Origin: Takakia lepidozioides
Lineage: Eukaryota; Plantae; Bryophyta
Length of the DNA stretch: 64,000 bases
NCBI GenBank assembly: GCA_030704615.1
Contig: CM060732.1
Location: 17,980,001 to 18,044,000 of the forward strand
Reading direction: 5' to 3'
Positions 40,424 through 52,366 of the stretch are shown piece after piece. Each line of letters starts with the position of its first letter. Position 1 is the first letter of the stretch. A model generated the notes under the pieces. That model worked only from the letters and a program-made list of their open reading frames with translations. It searched no databases and was not told the origin of the DNA. The translations under genes were made by a program, and so were the position numbers.

Positions 40424-41151
40424 TGTCGCGGCCCTTTGCCTTGAGGGCAGGGGGTCGGGACACATGAGGGGCTGCCCCTGTGGTGGGGGCAGTGGCAGCG
40501 ATAGGTACGGGGGGCTGAAGCACCCTTGAGTGCCCAAGGCACTCAAGGAGCCGGAGGTGCTCACTAGGTGGAGCCCCGCACACCGGGATGCGGTGGGGGT
40601 GGCTTCACAAAGGGGTGGTGGTAGCTTAGCGGGACTTAGTGGGGGTGGCATAGGACTCACCTTGGGGCGGAGACCTCGTGGTGGGAGTCGTGGGGAGTCT
40701 TGGGACTCATCACGGTCCATAGGGGCCGTGGTGGGTGGGCCAAGACTCACCGCGACTCATCACCGGGAGTCGAGGGTTTTCGTGGTGGTTCGCCATAAAA
40801 TGGCATGGTTGTTTGTGAGACCCCCGCGGACAGCTACAAAAGTATATATAGGGAGTAGTAACCCCGAGAACGGTGCAAGCCCATTGGTGACCAAAAACTA
40901 GTGAGTAAGCGAGCGAGCCGGAAAGCGACCAAAGAGTGGGGAGCTGTTCCGGACTGCCAACTACCAAAGGGAATTTCCCGCTGGGCCCAAATCGGTGGAG
41001 GGTTCTTTGGGAGATCAAAGGGGGACCGTTATGCCCCGGTGAGCAGCCGAAGCTCCAAGTTGGCCCGGCGGCCAGGTTGGGAGTTAGGCGCGCGCATCAA
41101 AGCGAGTAACTATGACTTGAAGGGGAGCTTCCCGAAGTGAGGTGCGCGACA
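40424..41151 (+). repeat. Chromovirus 5' LTR
   Basis: TGTCGCG...CGCGACA inverted ends; the first 430 bp are near-identical to 56596-57026. Confidence 0.9.
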
Positions 41152-41153
41152 CT

Positions 41154-41165
41154 TGGTATCAGAGC
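41154..41165 (+). promoter_or_regulatory. PBS for initiator tRNA-Met
   Basis: TGGTATCAGAGC 2 nt after the LTR end. Confidence 0.9.
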
Positions 41166-41206
41166 TTAGAGTTCAGTACGTGATCGTCCTTGGGATTGGC
41201 CTCATC

Positions 41207-42977
41207 ATGGGGTTGGGCAAGCCAAAGCGAAAGCGGAACGGCCCAAAAGATGATGATCCTGGTGAGCCCGATGGGGGCGACGTGTCACCGAGGTGGCCGT
41301 TTGAGGAAGCGATGCATGTTTCCGAAAACGAGGCCGCTCAAGAGCGGGAGGAATCCAAGGAGTCGGAGCCCGAGGAATCCCTGAGAGCTCTGACCGACCA
41401 ACAGATGCCTCCCATGCCGGCAGCCTTTTGGGAAGGGTTGTTGGCGCAGTTTGGCGGGACGTTGAAAGACGTGTTGAAGGCGGCTAATGCCACTTCCACT
41501 AAGGCAAAGTTTAAGGTGAAGCCTAAGGAACCCGGCACCTTCGAGGGCGTCCGAAATCGGAAGGCACTCAACACCTGGCTCCTGGAGCTAGAGCAGTACT
41601 TCCGGGCGGCCAAGTTGAGTGCTCCAGTCTTGAAAATCCCGGAGTTCGATCGTCCGTTCGAGATTCATACGGATGCGTCGGACTTCGCGATTGGGGGTGT
41701 ACTTATGCAAGATGGACGTCCAGTGGCTTATGAAAATAAGAAACTAAATGAAATGGAGCGACGATGGCTGACGCACGAAAAAGAGATGAAGGCGGTGGTG
41801 CATTGCCTTGAGCTTTGGCGCCACTATGTTGGTTCTAACCCAGTGAAGGTGTTCACGGACAATGTTACGGTGAAGTATTTTGCCACATGACAATAACCAC
41901 AGGACTTAGCGACTTGCACAACAGTAAATTTTTCAGACAGGGGCAAGTCTCCTACGACTTGCCCCTGCACCAACAGGTTGCCCTCACCATACTGGGCACT
42001 TGTCATCACAAGCAACTGCCACATTACCTTTCCTGTGTCTCTCAACATACAATGGAAATCACCCCTGCTGCCCACCAGCTTTGCTATGAGTCTGATATGA
42101 TGTGTATCTTGTCTGAATTGTAGATGTATAAGGGTACTGTTTGCCCGGTGAACAGATATCATATTGTACTGTCTAAAGTGTGTCTATCGACACCGGTTAC
42201 AAATAAAAACATGCGGCCGTGGATCTACTGGCGGTTTGATATCTAAGTACCCCAAAACAACTTAGGTGACAAGATACTTTGGCAGTGTTTGACGTGGATA
42301 TCCAGTACAAACCGGGACGTGACAATATGGTAGCCGATGCTTTAAGTAGAAAGCAGCAGCTCCTGTTGGTGTACAGGGGCGAGACGGCGCTCCAAAGGAA
42401 GATCCGGAAGGCTTGCCGGAAGGATGAGCTGGCGAAGTCCGTGATGCAGGACTTGAGGAGGGGGGTTAAATCGCAGTTCCACTTGCAAAATGGACTGCTC
42501 CGGTATAAGCAAAAGCGTCTCTTGAGAGAATGCCATGATAGCCCGCTTGCGGGCCACGGCGGAGCCAAGCGCACTGCGGCACTCTTCATAGAAATTGGCG
42601 GCAGTACTTCATGCACGAAGATGAGTACTTCGAATATCTCCTGGGGGACCCGGAAAGAGTATTTTTGGCCCAAACTGAGGGAGGAGTCAGAGGAGTATGT
42701 CAAGACATGCACCACATGCCAACAAAACCGGAGCGAGTACAAAAAGCAAGCGGGGCTGTTACAACCCTTGCCGATTCCAGAGGGACTTGGGAAAGCGTCT
42801 CGATGGATTTCATGACTGCTATGCCGCTGTCAAAAGGATTCGATGCAATCATGGTGGTGGTGGATAGGTTCAGTAAAATGGGCCATTTCATCCCCACCAA
42901 GGAGACGGCAACGGCGCAGGAGACAGGGCGACTTTACTTCGCCCACGTCTTAAAGCATCATGGAGTCCCGAAGAATA
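41207..42977 (+). pseudogene. Chromovirus gag N-terminus fused directly to RNase H, then integrase N-terminus (PR and RT deleted)
   Basis: PGTFEGVR..LNTWLLELEQYF jumps at about 41620 to SAPVLKIPEFDRPFEIHTDASD. Integrase zinc finger and WESVSMDF...VDRFSK follow. Insertions at about 41888-42240 and 42587-42650. Confidence 0.85.
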
Positions 42978-43510
42978 TGTCGTGCGCATACATATCGCTA
43001 CACAACTACATCGCTGTCCAAACCACACCACACATATATGCACAATAAAGTAGTCTGCCACAATGATAAGAAAGCTAACAAATGACACTGCTCTCCACAC
43101 AAGAAACAATGTGAACTCCAAAACCATCACTCTTTAAAACAGTAGTCGAGCCAGGGGCACCCCAAGCTATGGGGACTCCACCCCACAACAACCTACACTC
43201 CCATCATGAGTAAACTCAGATCTAAACACACACAGGAGCTCGGTCGCGCAGGCTCAACTCGAGAAAGATGAGCCGCGCGACTGCCGCTCTCGTGAAGATA
43301 AGACGGACCAGGTGTCAAACTAAACTTGACACCTGATTTAACACTTGACCTAAATCCAAGTGTTAAATACAAATAACTAGTTTTATTCTAGCTGTTTTCA
43401 CACTGTGCTTATTTAACTTGACAGCTGTCGTGCGCATACATATCGCTACACAACTACATCGCTGTCCAAACCACACCACACATATATGCACAATAAAGTA
43501 GTCTGCCACA
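42978..43510 (-). repeat. 3' terminal repeat block A-B-A (85 + 360 + 85 bp)
   Basis: Two identical 85-bp TG...CA units flank a 360-bp TG...CA unit. The PPT (AGGGGGGCGA on the element strand) is at 43512-43522. Confidence 0.9.
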
Positions 43511-43768
43511 ATCGCCCCCCTAGCTGGTGGATAGGTCCCTCTACCTCCAGATAGCTACAAGATGTAATAGCCACAGCCGTACTAAGTCCTCTATCACTGT
43601 CCCTATTGTACTCAAACTCTATAGACCAAGAGGCCGGGTACAAGAGTAGCCCCATCGTTAGTCGCCGTCTTGCAATCTGTGAACTTGAGCCAGATCTCGT
43701 GTGTTCAAGGTCTCCTAGTAGCTGGGCTTGCGTTTCTTGTTAGCCTCCCATGGTTGTATCCACTCCCA

Positions 43769-46700
43769 CTATCCAATGCAATGTGGACATAACCAATCCC
43801 CATCCGGAACCATCTCAAGAGGTGGAGTCAAGCATCCCATATGCCAACCTCTAGAGCACCGATCACATACCAGCATGGTGGCTGCCCCTTTAGCAGACCC
43901 ACACAACATGCACCTCAAACCTGCAGATACCACTGCCAGGTTTGGGTCAATCCTGCCATCGACATTCGGAAGGTGACATGGCGCACAATTACGCACATGG
44001 TCCTTCCAAGTGATGCCATCCCGACCCTCCAAGACCAAGACGCCTGAGGGCAAGACCTCTCGAACCCTCAAAATAACACGTCCTGCAGTCACATCCAGGG
44101 TCGTAGGAGCAGTCTGCTGCAGATAGACATAGTCACCAGGGTTGAATCTCCGAACCCCAGGACGATAGCCCCCACCACGTATGGTAGCATACCTCAACGT
44201 ATCACGGTGTTGTGCAATGGCAAGGTTCTCGAAAGCCATAGGCATGACTCTCTTGAACAACTCTGCACGCTGCTCACATGCACGTGCCCACACGTCCGGA
44301 TCGTCAAGGTTAAGAACTGTAGCAGCTTCTCTGCGAATGGATGTAGGCAAATCCGGCTCTCGGCCAAAGAGAAGAAAGTATGGTGAGAAGAGGCAAGTGA
44401 TGCTTGCTTGCTGAACCTGTAGCCCATGGCTAACCAGGGTAACTGAAGGTCCCAATCTCCTAGGTGTCCCTTCTGCAAGCCATACTTGCGCAAACCCCTC
44501 TTTACTGTCTGAACAACTCTCTCTGCCAAGCCATCGGCTTCAGGATGATCCCGAGAAGTGGTGCGGTGGTCTATCAAGGCTTTGTCACACAAAGCCTGAA
44601 ACTCCCCCAAGAACTCTCTCCCTTGGTCCGTGAGTACCTCAGCTGGAGCACCGAATCGGCTAAGCACACAATCCAGGAATGCATACGCAGCTCCCTCACT
44701 AGCCTTATCAGGCAATGGAACCAATTCAATCCACTTGGAGAAGTGCTCCACCATCACCAACACGTACTTGTTGTGGCGCATGGTCAGTGGCAACGGCCCT
44801 GCGAAGTCAAGACTCCACCTGTAGCCCAATCCCATGATCGGAAGAGGGTGCAATTGTGGAGTAGGGGCGTTGAATGAAGCACGCACCCTGTCACACACCA
44901 TGCACCTAGCCACAAATTGTTGCACCTCTGTGTGCATACCACGCCACCAATACTGCCCCTGCAGTAGACTATGAGTGCGTCGCACCCCAAAATGCCCCAA
45001 CTCCTCATGGGCATGCCGCACTAACCGTGCCCGCTGTGTTGGGTGAGGCACAATCCTCACTCGACCATCCTCCCACACTCGGAGCAGGTGTGTCCCCTCC
45101 CACCTGAACCTCTTGGCTCGTTGTAGGATCCGATCCCTCTCCTTGGCAGTCATAGTGGCTGCCGTGTCTCCACTGCGGAGGTAGTCCAACACAACTGAAT
45201 CCTCATGTATATCTTTGGCGCCACCCTGCTCATTGCTGGCCTCAGGGTCCTCAGACACTTGATCTACAGTCATCCCTGTTGTAGGTCCAACCTGGCCTTC
45301 CGCTGCCAAGATACACAGAAATGCAGATGCATGCCATCCGGGCACCATCTCCTCGTCCGTCTCACCATGCCACCGAGCTCCAGTGTCATCCTGCTGGCTC
45401 GTGCATGGATTGCGACTCAACCCATCTGCATTTCGATTGACCAAACCCGGTCGATGCACCACCTGAAAGTCATACTCTTGAAGGATGAGTGCCCACCGTG
45501 CAAGCTTCCCCGTAAGCTTGTCTGACTCCATCAACCACTTGAGTGGTTGGTGATCCGTGACAAGGGTGAAGAGATTGCCGTATAGATAGCACCTGAAGTG
45601 TGCCACGGCCCACACTGCAGCTAAGCATTCTCCCTCATATGAGCTATACTTAGACTCTGCAGCATTGTTCGAGCGGCTAGCATAAGCCACTACGAACTCT
45701 CTTCCCTCATCATCCACCTGTGTGAGCACCGCTCCAAGCCCCAGCATGCTCCAATCTGTATGCAGCTGAAAAGGACGCCCCCTGATAGGTCGTCTCAAGA
45801 TGGGCGCCGAGGTCAACCTCGCCTTGAGCTCTTGAAAAGCTTGTTCTTGCTCATCTTCCCACTGCCACTCCTGGTCCACCTTGGTCAGCTTGGTTAGAGC
45901 CTTTGCAATGGCACTAAATCCCTTAACAAACCGTCTGTAATAGTTTGCTAACCCCATGAAAGCTCGAACTCGGCTCACATCCGTGGGGCGTGGAACCTGT
46001 GCAATGGACTCTACCTTAGTCTGCTGTACCCCCAATCCTCCAGGATATATCATGTGACCCAGATACTCAATCTGGTTGTGGAAAAACTTGCACTTGCCCG
46101 GATGTAACTTCAATCCGTGCGTCCTCAAGCGCTCAAATACCCCCTGAAGGTGTCTCTCATGCTCCTCCACCGTAGCACTAAAGATGATGATGTCATCTAT
46201 GTAGCACCGAGCAAACTCCACCCCTGCTAGAATCCTGTCCATGACTCTTTGAAACTCAGCGGGAGCGTTTTTAAGCCCAAATGGTAAGAACCGCCACTGG
46301 TATAGGCAATCCTTCCCGTGCTCATTGATCCCCCAGAATGCCGTCTTTTGCTTATCCGCCTCCTTGATCGGCAACTGGTGATATCCGGATCGTAAATCCA
46401 ACGTGCTAAAGACCTTGGAATGCCCAATGGCATCAAAGATCTCCTCTGGTGTTGGCATGGCATACCTATCGGACTTGGTCTGACGATTTACAGGCCGGTA
46501 ATCACCGCACATACGTCTCTCCGTCCAATTGCCATAGACATCCTTCTTAGCTGGCATCACTGTGGCTGAAGCATACTCTCCACCAGAGAGCTCCACCAAA
46601 CCTGCCTCCCAGAGATCTTGAGTCCTCATCTGAATCAAAGACCTCTCCATGTCACTGTATCTATAGGGTCTCCGAAAGATTGGCGTGTCAGTGGCCAACT

Positions 46701-46902
46701 CAATACGGATCTCTTGACCCTTCAGTGCTCCCAAGTCCTTCAAACTGAAGGCAAAGCAATTCCTGTAAGCCCTCAGGAACCGCCGTATACGTCGTCTCTC
46801 TCCTCCGGTGACAATGGGTCCAATATCAGGCTCCCAATTGTCCTCCGTAACTGCAACCTTAAGTCCAGTGGGCTTAGAGGTAGAGGACGCGTCCCGTGGT
46901 TG
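43769..46902 (-). CDS. RT - RNase H - integrase - PHD finger (one 1-nt frameshift near 44395)
   Basis: LDLRSGYHQ, YIDD, HTDWS, HEELGH..CMVC, SLDF/LTDQG/AER. C-terminal CMLC...CDRC..GWHMGCL.PPL..VP.GDWLCPHC is a C4HC3 PHD finger. Confidence 0.9.
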
Positions 46903-47199
46903 CTATGCTGCAACCTCTTGAGCAGTACCCCCTTCCTGCTCAGTCAATGACAAGGCCTCATCCTGCCCCATCATCTCATCATTGAGAACCTCCTCATCCC
47001 GAGAAGAATCCCCAACCTCATCCATCACAGCTGCCTTCGCTGCCAACTCCCTCTGAACCTCGAGCACCTCCCACATGTGCCATGGATGTCTACACCTCGT
47101 GGTCCTCACCGGCTCGCCCCCACTCGCTGCCTGTACCGTCTCGGTAGGCAGAGAGACCATCAAGGGAAGTGCACTCCGCACTCTACGTTGCTCAGCCAT

Positions 47200-48150
47200 A
47201 GCCAAGCTGACAATCCAGGTCAAGCAATTGAGATCCATTGCTTGCCCCAACACCTGACGACGTGATGCCTCAGAAAGAGAAGGCACCGCCGTGGTCCCAG
47301 TGGAAAACCCCATAGCCCGCTCTCGCTCGTCGGCATTAGGCTCCACTAACTGCTGCAACTGAGCATCCCACAGGAGGCCAGGTCCACCATCCCGAAAAGC
47401 ATGGGATCCTGGGAAGCTGAGCAGTGTAGGTAATGCTGCTCGTGGTTGACCCACCCTGTTGACCACTGCCAAAGGCGAACGGTCATCGTGTCTCACACGT
47501 TGAGACTGCCTTCCTGTGTCCAAAATGCCATCCACGGTGAGGTGTGCTGGCCGCTGCACCCCATCAAATGCACGCTTGAGCAGTGCGGGTGGCATCAAGT
47601 TAGTCCACCATAGTCGTGGACGATGAGCCCGTGACCCCACTGCAGCTGCATCCAGCAACACTGCTGACCCAAGCCACGACCGGACTTGATGCACACTGGC
47701 CATCACCCTGGCCCGAGAATCACCCATCAGTGGTACATTCTCCAAGATGTATGCTGGAGATACAGCTTGATGAAGCTGCAAGGCGCAAAATCCGCACCAT
47801 CTCCCAAAACAGACCCGTCCTCGAGTCTCGCAATCCATTGCCATGCCCGGCTGATGAATGCCCTTGGCAGGGCCAACCTGCCACTATCAGATCAATGGAG
47901 CCAACCTGCTCCAAATCTTGCGCCCCCAACAAGAAATGTCTGCTGGCAAGGCTTGTTGGTATCCACGAACTGCAGACACAGGCAACAAGTCAGGGTACTG
48001 CTGTACCAACTGAGCCACATGGCGCAGTGAGACGCGTCGTGCAGTCTCATCCCTCTCCACATACAGGTAACGCCTTACCCGCACACCTGCCTGTAGCACA
48101 GCAGCCAATCCGGTGCTGATCCCGCCAAACAAGTCCAGAAGGCAAATGCC
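47200..48150 (-). CDS. DNMT3-like C5-cytosine DNA methyltransferase domain (two 1-nt frameshifts at about 47935 and 47780)
   Basis: Motif I LLDLFGGISTG, II YVERD, IV DLIVAGWPCQG, VI ILENV, VIII AHRPRLWWTNL, IX ERERAMGF, X RRQVLGQAMDL, in non-permuted order. Confidence 0.9.
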
Positions 48151-48399
48151 TTCATCCGGCCGCTGCCACACAAGAGGTGTGGTGTCCAATGGCGACAACT
48201 GAGGTGGCCCTGGTGCAATCACCGCACTCTCCTCCTCTCCTGACGGTACAAAAGCTTCTACCCAAGCTTGTTGCACCCGTCCATCAGCAGCTTGCTGCAA
48301 ATCCTTGCTCGTACCCCACAACGGAGTGTGAGCAACCATGGCAGGCAACTCCGCCGTACCATGCATGTCATCCTGCTCTGCTGGAGGTGGCACATCCTC

Positions 48400-49000
48400 T
48401 GCATGGGCATTGCCTTCCAGCAACTCTCCAGGCCAACTAACTGCAGCTGTGAAGGCGGCTAGTGTTGGCATCTTGCCCCGCTGGGCAGCTGCAATACCCC
48501 CAATGAATGTCACAGGGAGCTGTGCACGGCGACCATCCCCTGACTGCCATCCAGGCCTGTAGGATGCTGACTCCTCCCAGAAATCCAGGGTGAAGCCCAT
48601 GGGGTATAACACTGCCCCACCAACGAGGACATCGTAAGAGACCGCGTCTGTCACAATGGCCTTGGCTCGCATCACTGAGCCATCTACAGGATGATCCGGC
48701 TGCAGTCTAATAGCCAACTGATGCCGTGTCATGCCGCGAGCCTGCTCTGATCCTCCCAGAGATGTCTGTATCTGGAAAGGACAAGGCTCCATATCCGCCT
48801 CCATGAGGCCCAAACCTGCAATAGCAGCTCTGCCCAACATCAGTGGCTGAGCTCCTGAGTCCAACAAGACCCGCAGTGGCCGGTACTTCTTGCCTGCCGG
48901 TCCACTCAAAGTGAAAATGCCTCCCTGGTTGTCTAACAAGACAACTCCAGGTGTCACCATGGCGCGCTCAATGGCTGGCCTAGCTGGCAGCTCCGTCAAC
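48400..49000 (-). CDS. Aspartic protease domain
   Basis: VLLDSGAQPLMLG ... YDVLVGG in ORF 47887-49206. Confidence 0.85.
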
Positions 49001-49175
49001 CTGGCAGCTGCAGCTTGCCAGGGCGCAGCCGTGGCAGTCTTGACCCTCAAATCCGAGGATCCCTCTGCCACTACACCTTCCACTAACTCCGCAGAAGATG
49101 AAGTGACCTCCCCACTCTCACAGAGTGTTGCTGCTAGTCTGAACACTGCAGCTGGTCTCACCCCCGGCGTCGCAA

Positions 49176-51105
49176 TCATGTTGCCGAGAACAGTGGGGCC
49201 TGACACACAGAGGTGGCTGCCCCCAATAACACACCGGCCGCACTAGCCTTGGCAGCAGGAGTCAATGCTGCACGTGTAGCTCTCCCCAATGGCATAGTAA
49301 CCTCCGCCTCGGTAACAGTCGGGCGAGAACTAGGTGCCATGGATGGCGTTGACACAGTCTCCGCCAATGTGAATGACTGAGGAAGCCTTGCCTGACGGCT
49401 TGCCTCCCCACGCTGTGGATCCAATTCCACCTCTGCACCTCGTGGCTCAGGAACTCGTGCTGCTCCTCGAGTCACGGCTGCAGCAGACTCCACCTGCTCT
49501 AGTGGTAGTGCTGCTCCGCACATAAATCCCATGCCTCCCATATCTCCTCCCTCAGGAGCAGGAGGTGGGCCATCCCGCCTGGGAGCCGGTACCGCCTGAG
49601 CTATAGCCATGGCAGCGAGCCTCTGCTCTAGCTGCTGAAGCCGATTGGCCATGCCTTGGTCAACACCCTGACCTCCGCGTCCTTGGCCATGTGGAGGTTG
49701 CCCTTGGCCTGCACCTCGTGCCCGACCACCTCGTCCTCTTTGGGCTGGTCCACCTCGCCCCCGGCCACCATTGTTCCCTTGGAACTGGCCTGGGCGCAAC
49801 TCAGGATGCAAGTCATAACACTGGGCATCTCCATGCCCATACTTGCCACAATGCCCACACTGCAACTGTGCAGGCTGTGCTTGTGCCGGCCTTCTGCCAC
49901 TCTCTGGGCAATCTCTCTTGACATGGGGTCCTCCACATGTCCAACATATCACCCCTGGTTGCTGTTGGCCTGCAAAAGATGCCACGGGCCTCTGCACCTG
50001 AGGTCCCCTGTAAGCTCCATGGAACTTGGGCTGGGCAACCTTGCCCCCTGACCACGCTGTTGGGCAGTCCCTTGTGCTTGTGGGCTGACAGCTGTGCCTC
50101 GTACAGGCATGTCCTTACCAAATCCAATTGTAACAACTCGCTCCTCCACCATGTTGAGCTCAATCCGCTCAGCCAGCAGAAACACATCTGCTAATGTGGG
50201 TTGGGCTGCTTGTAACAGGGTTGCATCTCGCACCCTTCTCTTGAGCTCCTTGTCCAGAATTCCATACCAAAACTGGATTGCCTGAGCTTCAGTAACCCCT
50301 TGGGTCACACTTATCAAGCGCCTCATACGAGTGTACGCCTCTCGCAGGCTCTCACTGGGTTTGCGCTGGAAGTCTTGCAAACTTTGCAGCTTCTCTGTCC
50401 GTACACCTTGGTAGTTCCTCCGCAACTCCTGGAAGAACTCCACCACCGGTTGAATCTAGGCACATGTGTTGTAGCTGTGGCAGGAGGAGTAGTAGCACCT
50501 TCTGAACTGGTACCACCTGCAGAAGTACCAGCACTACCTGCTCCACTACTAGTGCTGGCAGTGGGAGCTATTGTTACTGATGCAGCTACTGGTCGCGTCA
50601 TGCCTCGAGTAATGGAGATGTAGTCAGGTGACCAATACATCCTCCACTCCTCAATCTCTGCTTCATGTCCTCGCCTGAACTCGTGGTAATCGTCCATAGG
50701 CGGGCCTTCCAAATGCTGGAACAGTCCCTTCCACGCCATGAATGGGGTGAATAGATGTGGATTGCGCATCTGCTGCAAATCACACCAGCTGTCGAACTCC
50801 TGGATAAAGTCATCCAACTCGATTGTGCCCACAGCTCCAGAGTACCTACGAGGCCCCTTGGTAGCTCCATACATCTCCTCCATGTCGTCCCACAACAATG
50901 GCGAGTGAAAGTGCACACCTGTTGATGAAGCCTCCGAGCCTGTGTCTGACTCTACAGTAATTGAGGGTGGCGGTGAAGGTGGTCTGAACCAAATACCTCG
51001 TCTTGTGAACCCACTCTCACTGTTACTGCCTGTAGCCGTACTCCTCTCAAAACCCTTGGGTAACTCCGTAATGACACTCACAATGTGCACCTCCTCCAGT
51101 GACAC
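49176..51105 (-). CDS. gag with two zinc knuckles (1-nt frameshifts at about 50455, 50050 and 49178)
   Basis: PRRYSG...LDDFIQEF..WC, FQRKPSESLREAYTRM, CWTCGGPHVKRDC, CGHCGKYGHGDAQC. Confidence 0.85.
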
Positions 51106-51616
51106 TATAAGGCTCTAGTACTAATCTAATAGTGACACGGGTGGGCACCTGTTGCAGTCTAAGGGTCATATCCCAGTGGCTCAGGGCACCTGCACCTGCA
51201 TCCACCGCAAGAACTCCTATGGTTGGCTGGTCATCAACCCAGCCTCACCATAGAAGAAACACTGGTGGTCTTGCTGGTCATCACTCCAGCCTCACCACCG
51301 ACAGCATACTCTAGGATTGACCGGTGATCAAATCCGGCCTAATCCCTATGAAAGCAAGCGCCCACACAAAACCAACATGGCGCACAGTCAAGCATGCAGG
51401 TGTTGGGGGGGATCCAAACACAAGAAATCAAAACATCAACACCCCCACACCAAAATCCAGCTGCAATGCTGATCCTGCAAATATCCCAGCCCAAAACCCC
51501 GGACTGACTGGCCTCCACCAAGAGAGGCTTTGGCAACTACAAGTACAAGGTGATGAAAATAGTACAGAGATGGAGGGGAAGAATAGAAGCCCGACCAAGC
51601 AAGATCTAATCCTGAT

Positions 51617-52366
51617 CTATGCTATCAACTGCCAGACTTCTCTCAAAGTGCCTCGCTCTGCATGATGGTAAGGTGTAGGAGGTATATCTATGTCCAGAAA
51701 CCTGCCACTAACCTTGTCCCAAGCTACAGTAGCTCGCTCTAACCAACCCTCCTCCTCTTTCTGCCAGGTAGAGACAAAGCAATACTCCCCTATCTCCCGC
51801 TCACTGAACACTAAAGAAAACAAAGGTAGGGTCTGATAGTCTCTCAACTCGAAAGCTTTGAGACGGTTGCGGGTGTCCTCATTGCGAATGACTGCATCTC
51901 CTTCACGCACAACAAACATGTCATTGCTGATGAACCCCCGCTCGTGGTTGCCCTGTGCAGAGCGTATCCGGCTGCAATCATGTCTGATTGCACAAACTTG
52001 TGTAGCTCCTGCTCCTCTGCTCCAGTACACCACGGCCTTGTGACTGAACACCTTGGTCCCCGGGGCTGTCTTTGGCTGTGTTCCAAGCCTAGCTTTCACC
52101 CACTTTGGTATTTCACCTACAGCTGCAGAACTGCTGGCTCCAACAGAGTTCTGACTGTCCAAGGCGATATTGAGGCCCTCAATGCCAACTACAGCAGTCT
52201 GTTGTCTACTGCTAATGCCTGACTCCCAGTATGCAATCAACTCGTCCAACTGTTCTCCACTCAAATCAGTCTGAGTTCCTTGGGAAACATAAATCCTGTC
52301 CCCTTGTGTGCACAGACTAAGAGAAGAGACCTGCCCTTCAATTACGTCCTCATTTCCCCCAGCCAT
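51617..52366 (-). CDS. Unknown 249-aa ORF upstream of gag
   Basis: Intact ATG-to-stop ORF on the element strand with protein-like composition. No motif recognised. Confidence 0.5.
   Translation of the reverse strand: MAGGNEDVIEGQVSSLSLCTQGDRIYVSQGTQTDLSGEQLDELIAYWESGISSRQQTAVVGIEGLNIALDSQNSVGASSSAAVGEIPKWVKARLGTQPKTAPGTKVFSHKAVVYWSRGAGATQVCAIRHDCSRIRSAQGNHERGFISNDMFVVREGDAVIRNEDTRNRLKAFELRDYQTLPLFSLVFSEREIGEYCFVSTWQKEEEGWLERATVAWDKVSGRFLDIDIPPTPYHHAERGTLREVWQLIA

Noticed and set aside
40424-40901. Pro-rich ORFs overlapping the chromovirus LTR (also 56437-56989)
   Set aside because: They lie in LTR sequence; the 40112-40750 ORF is a chimera across the insertion junction.
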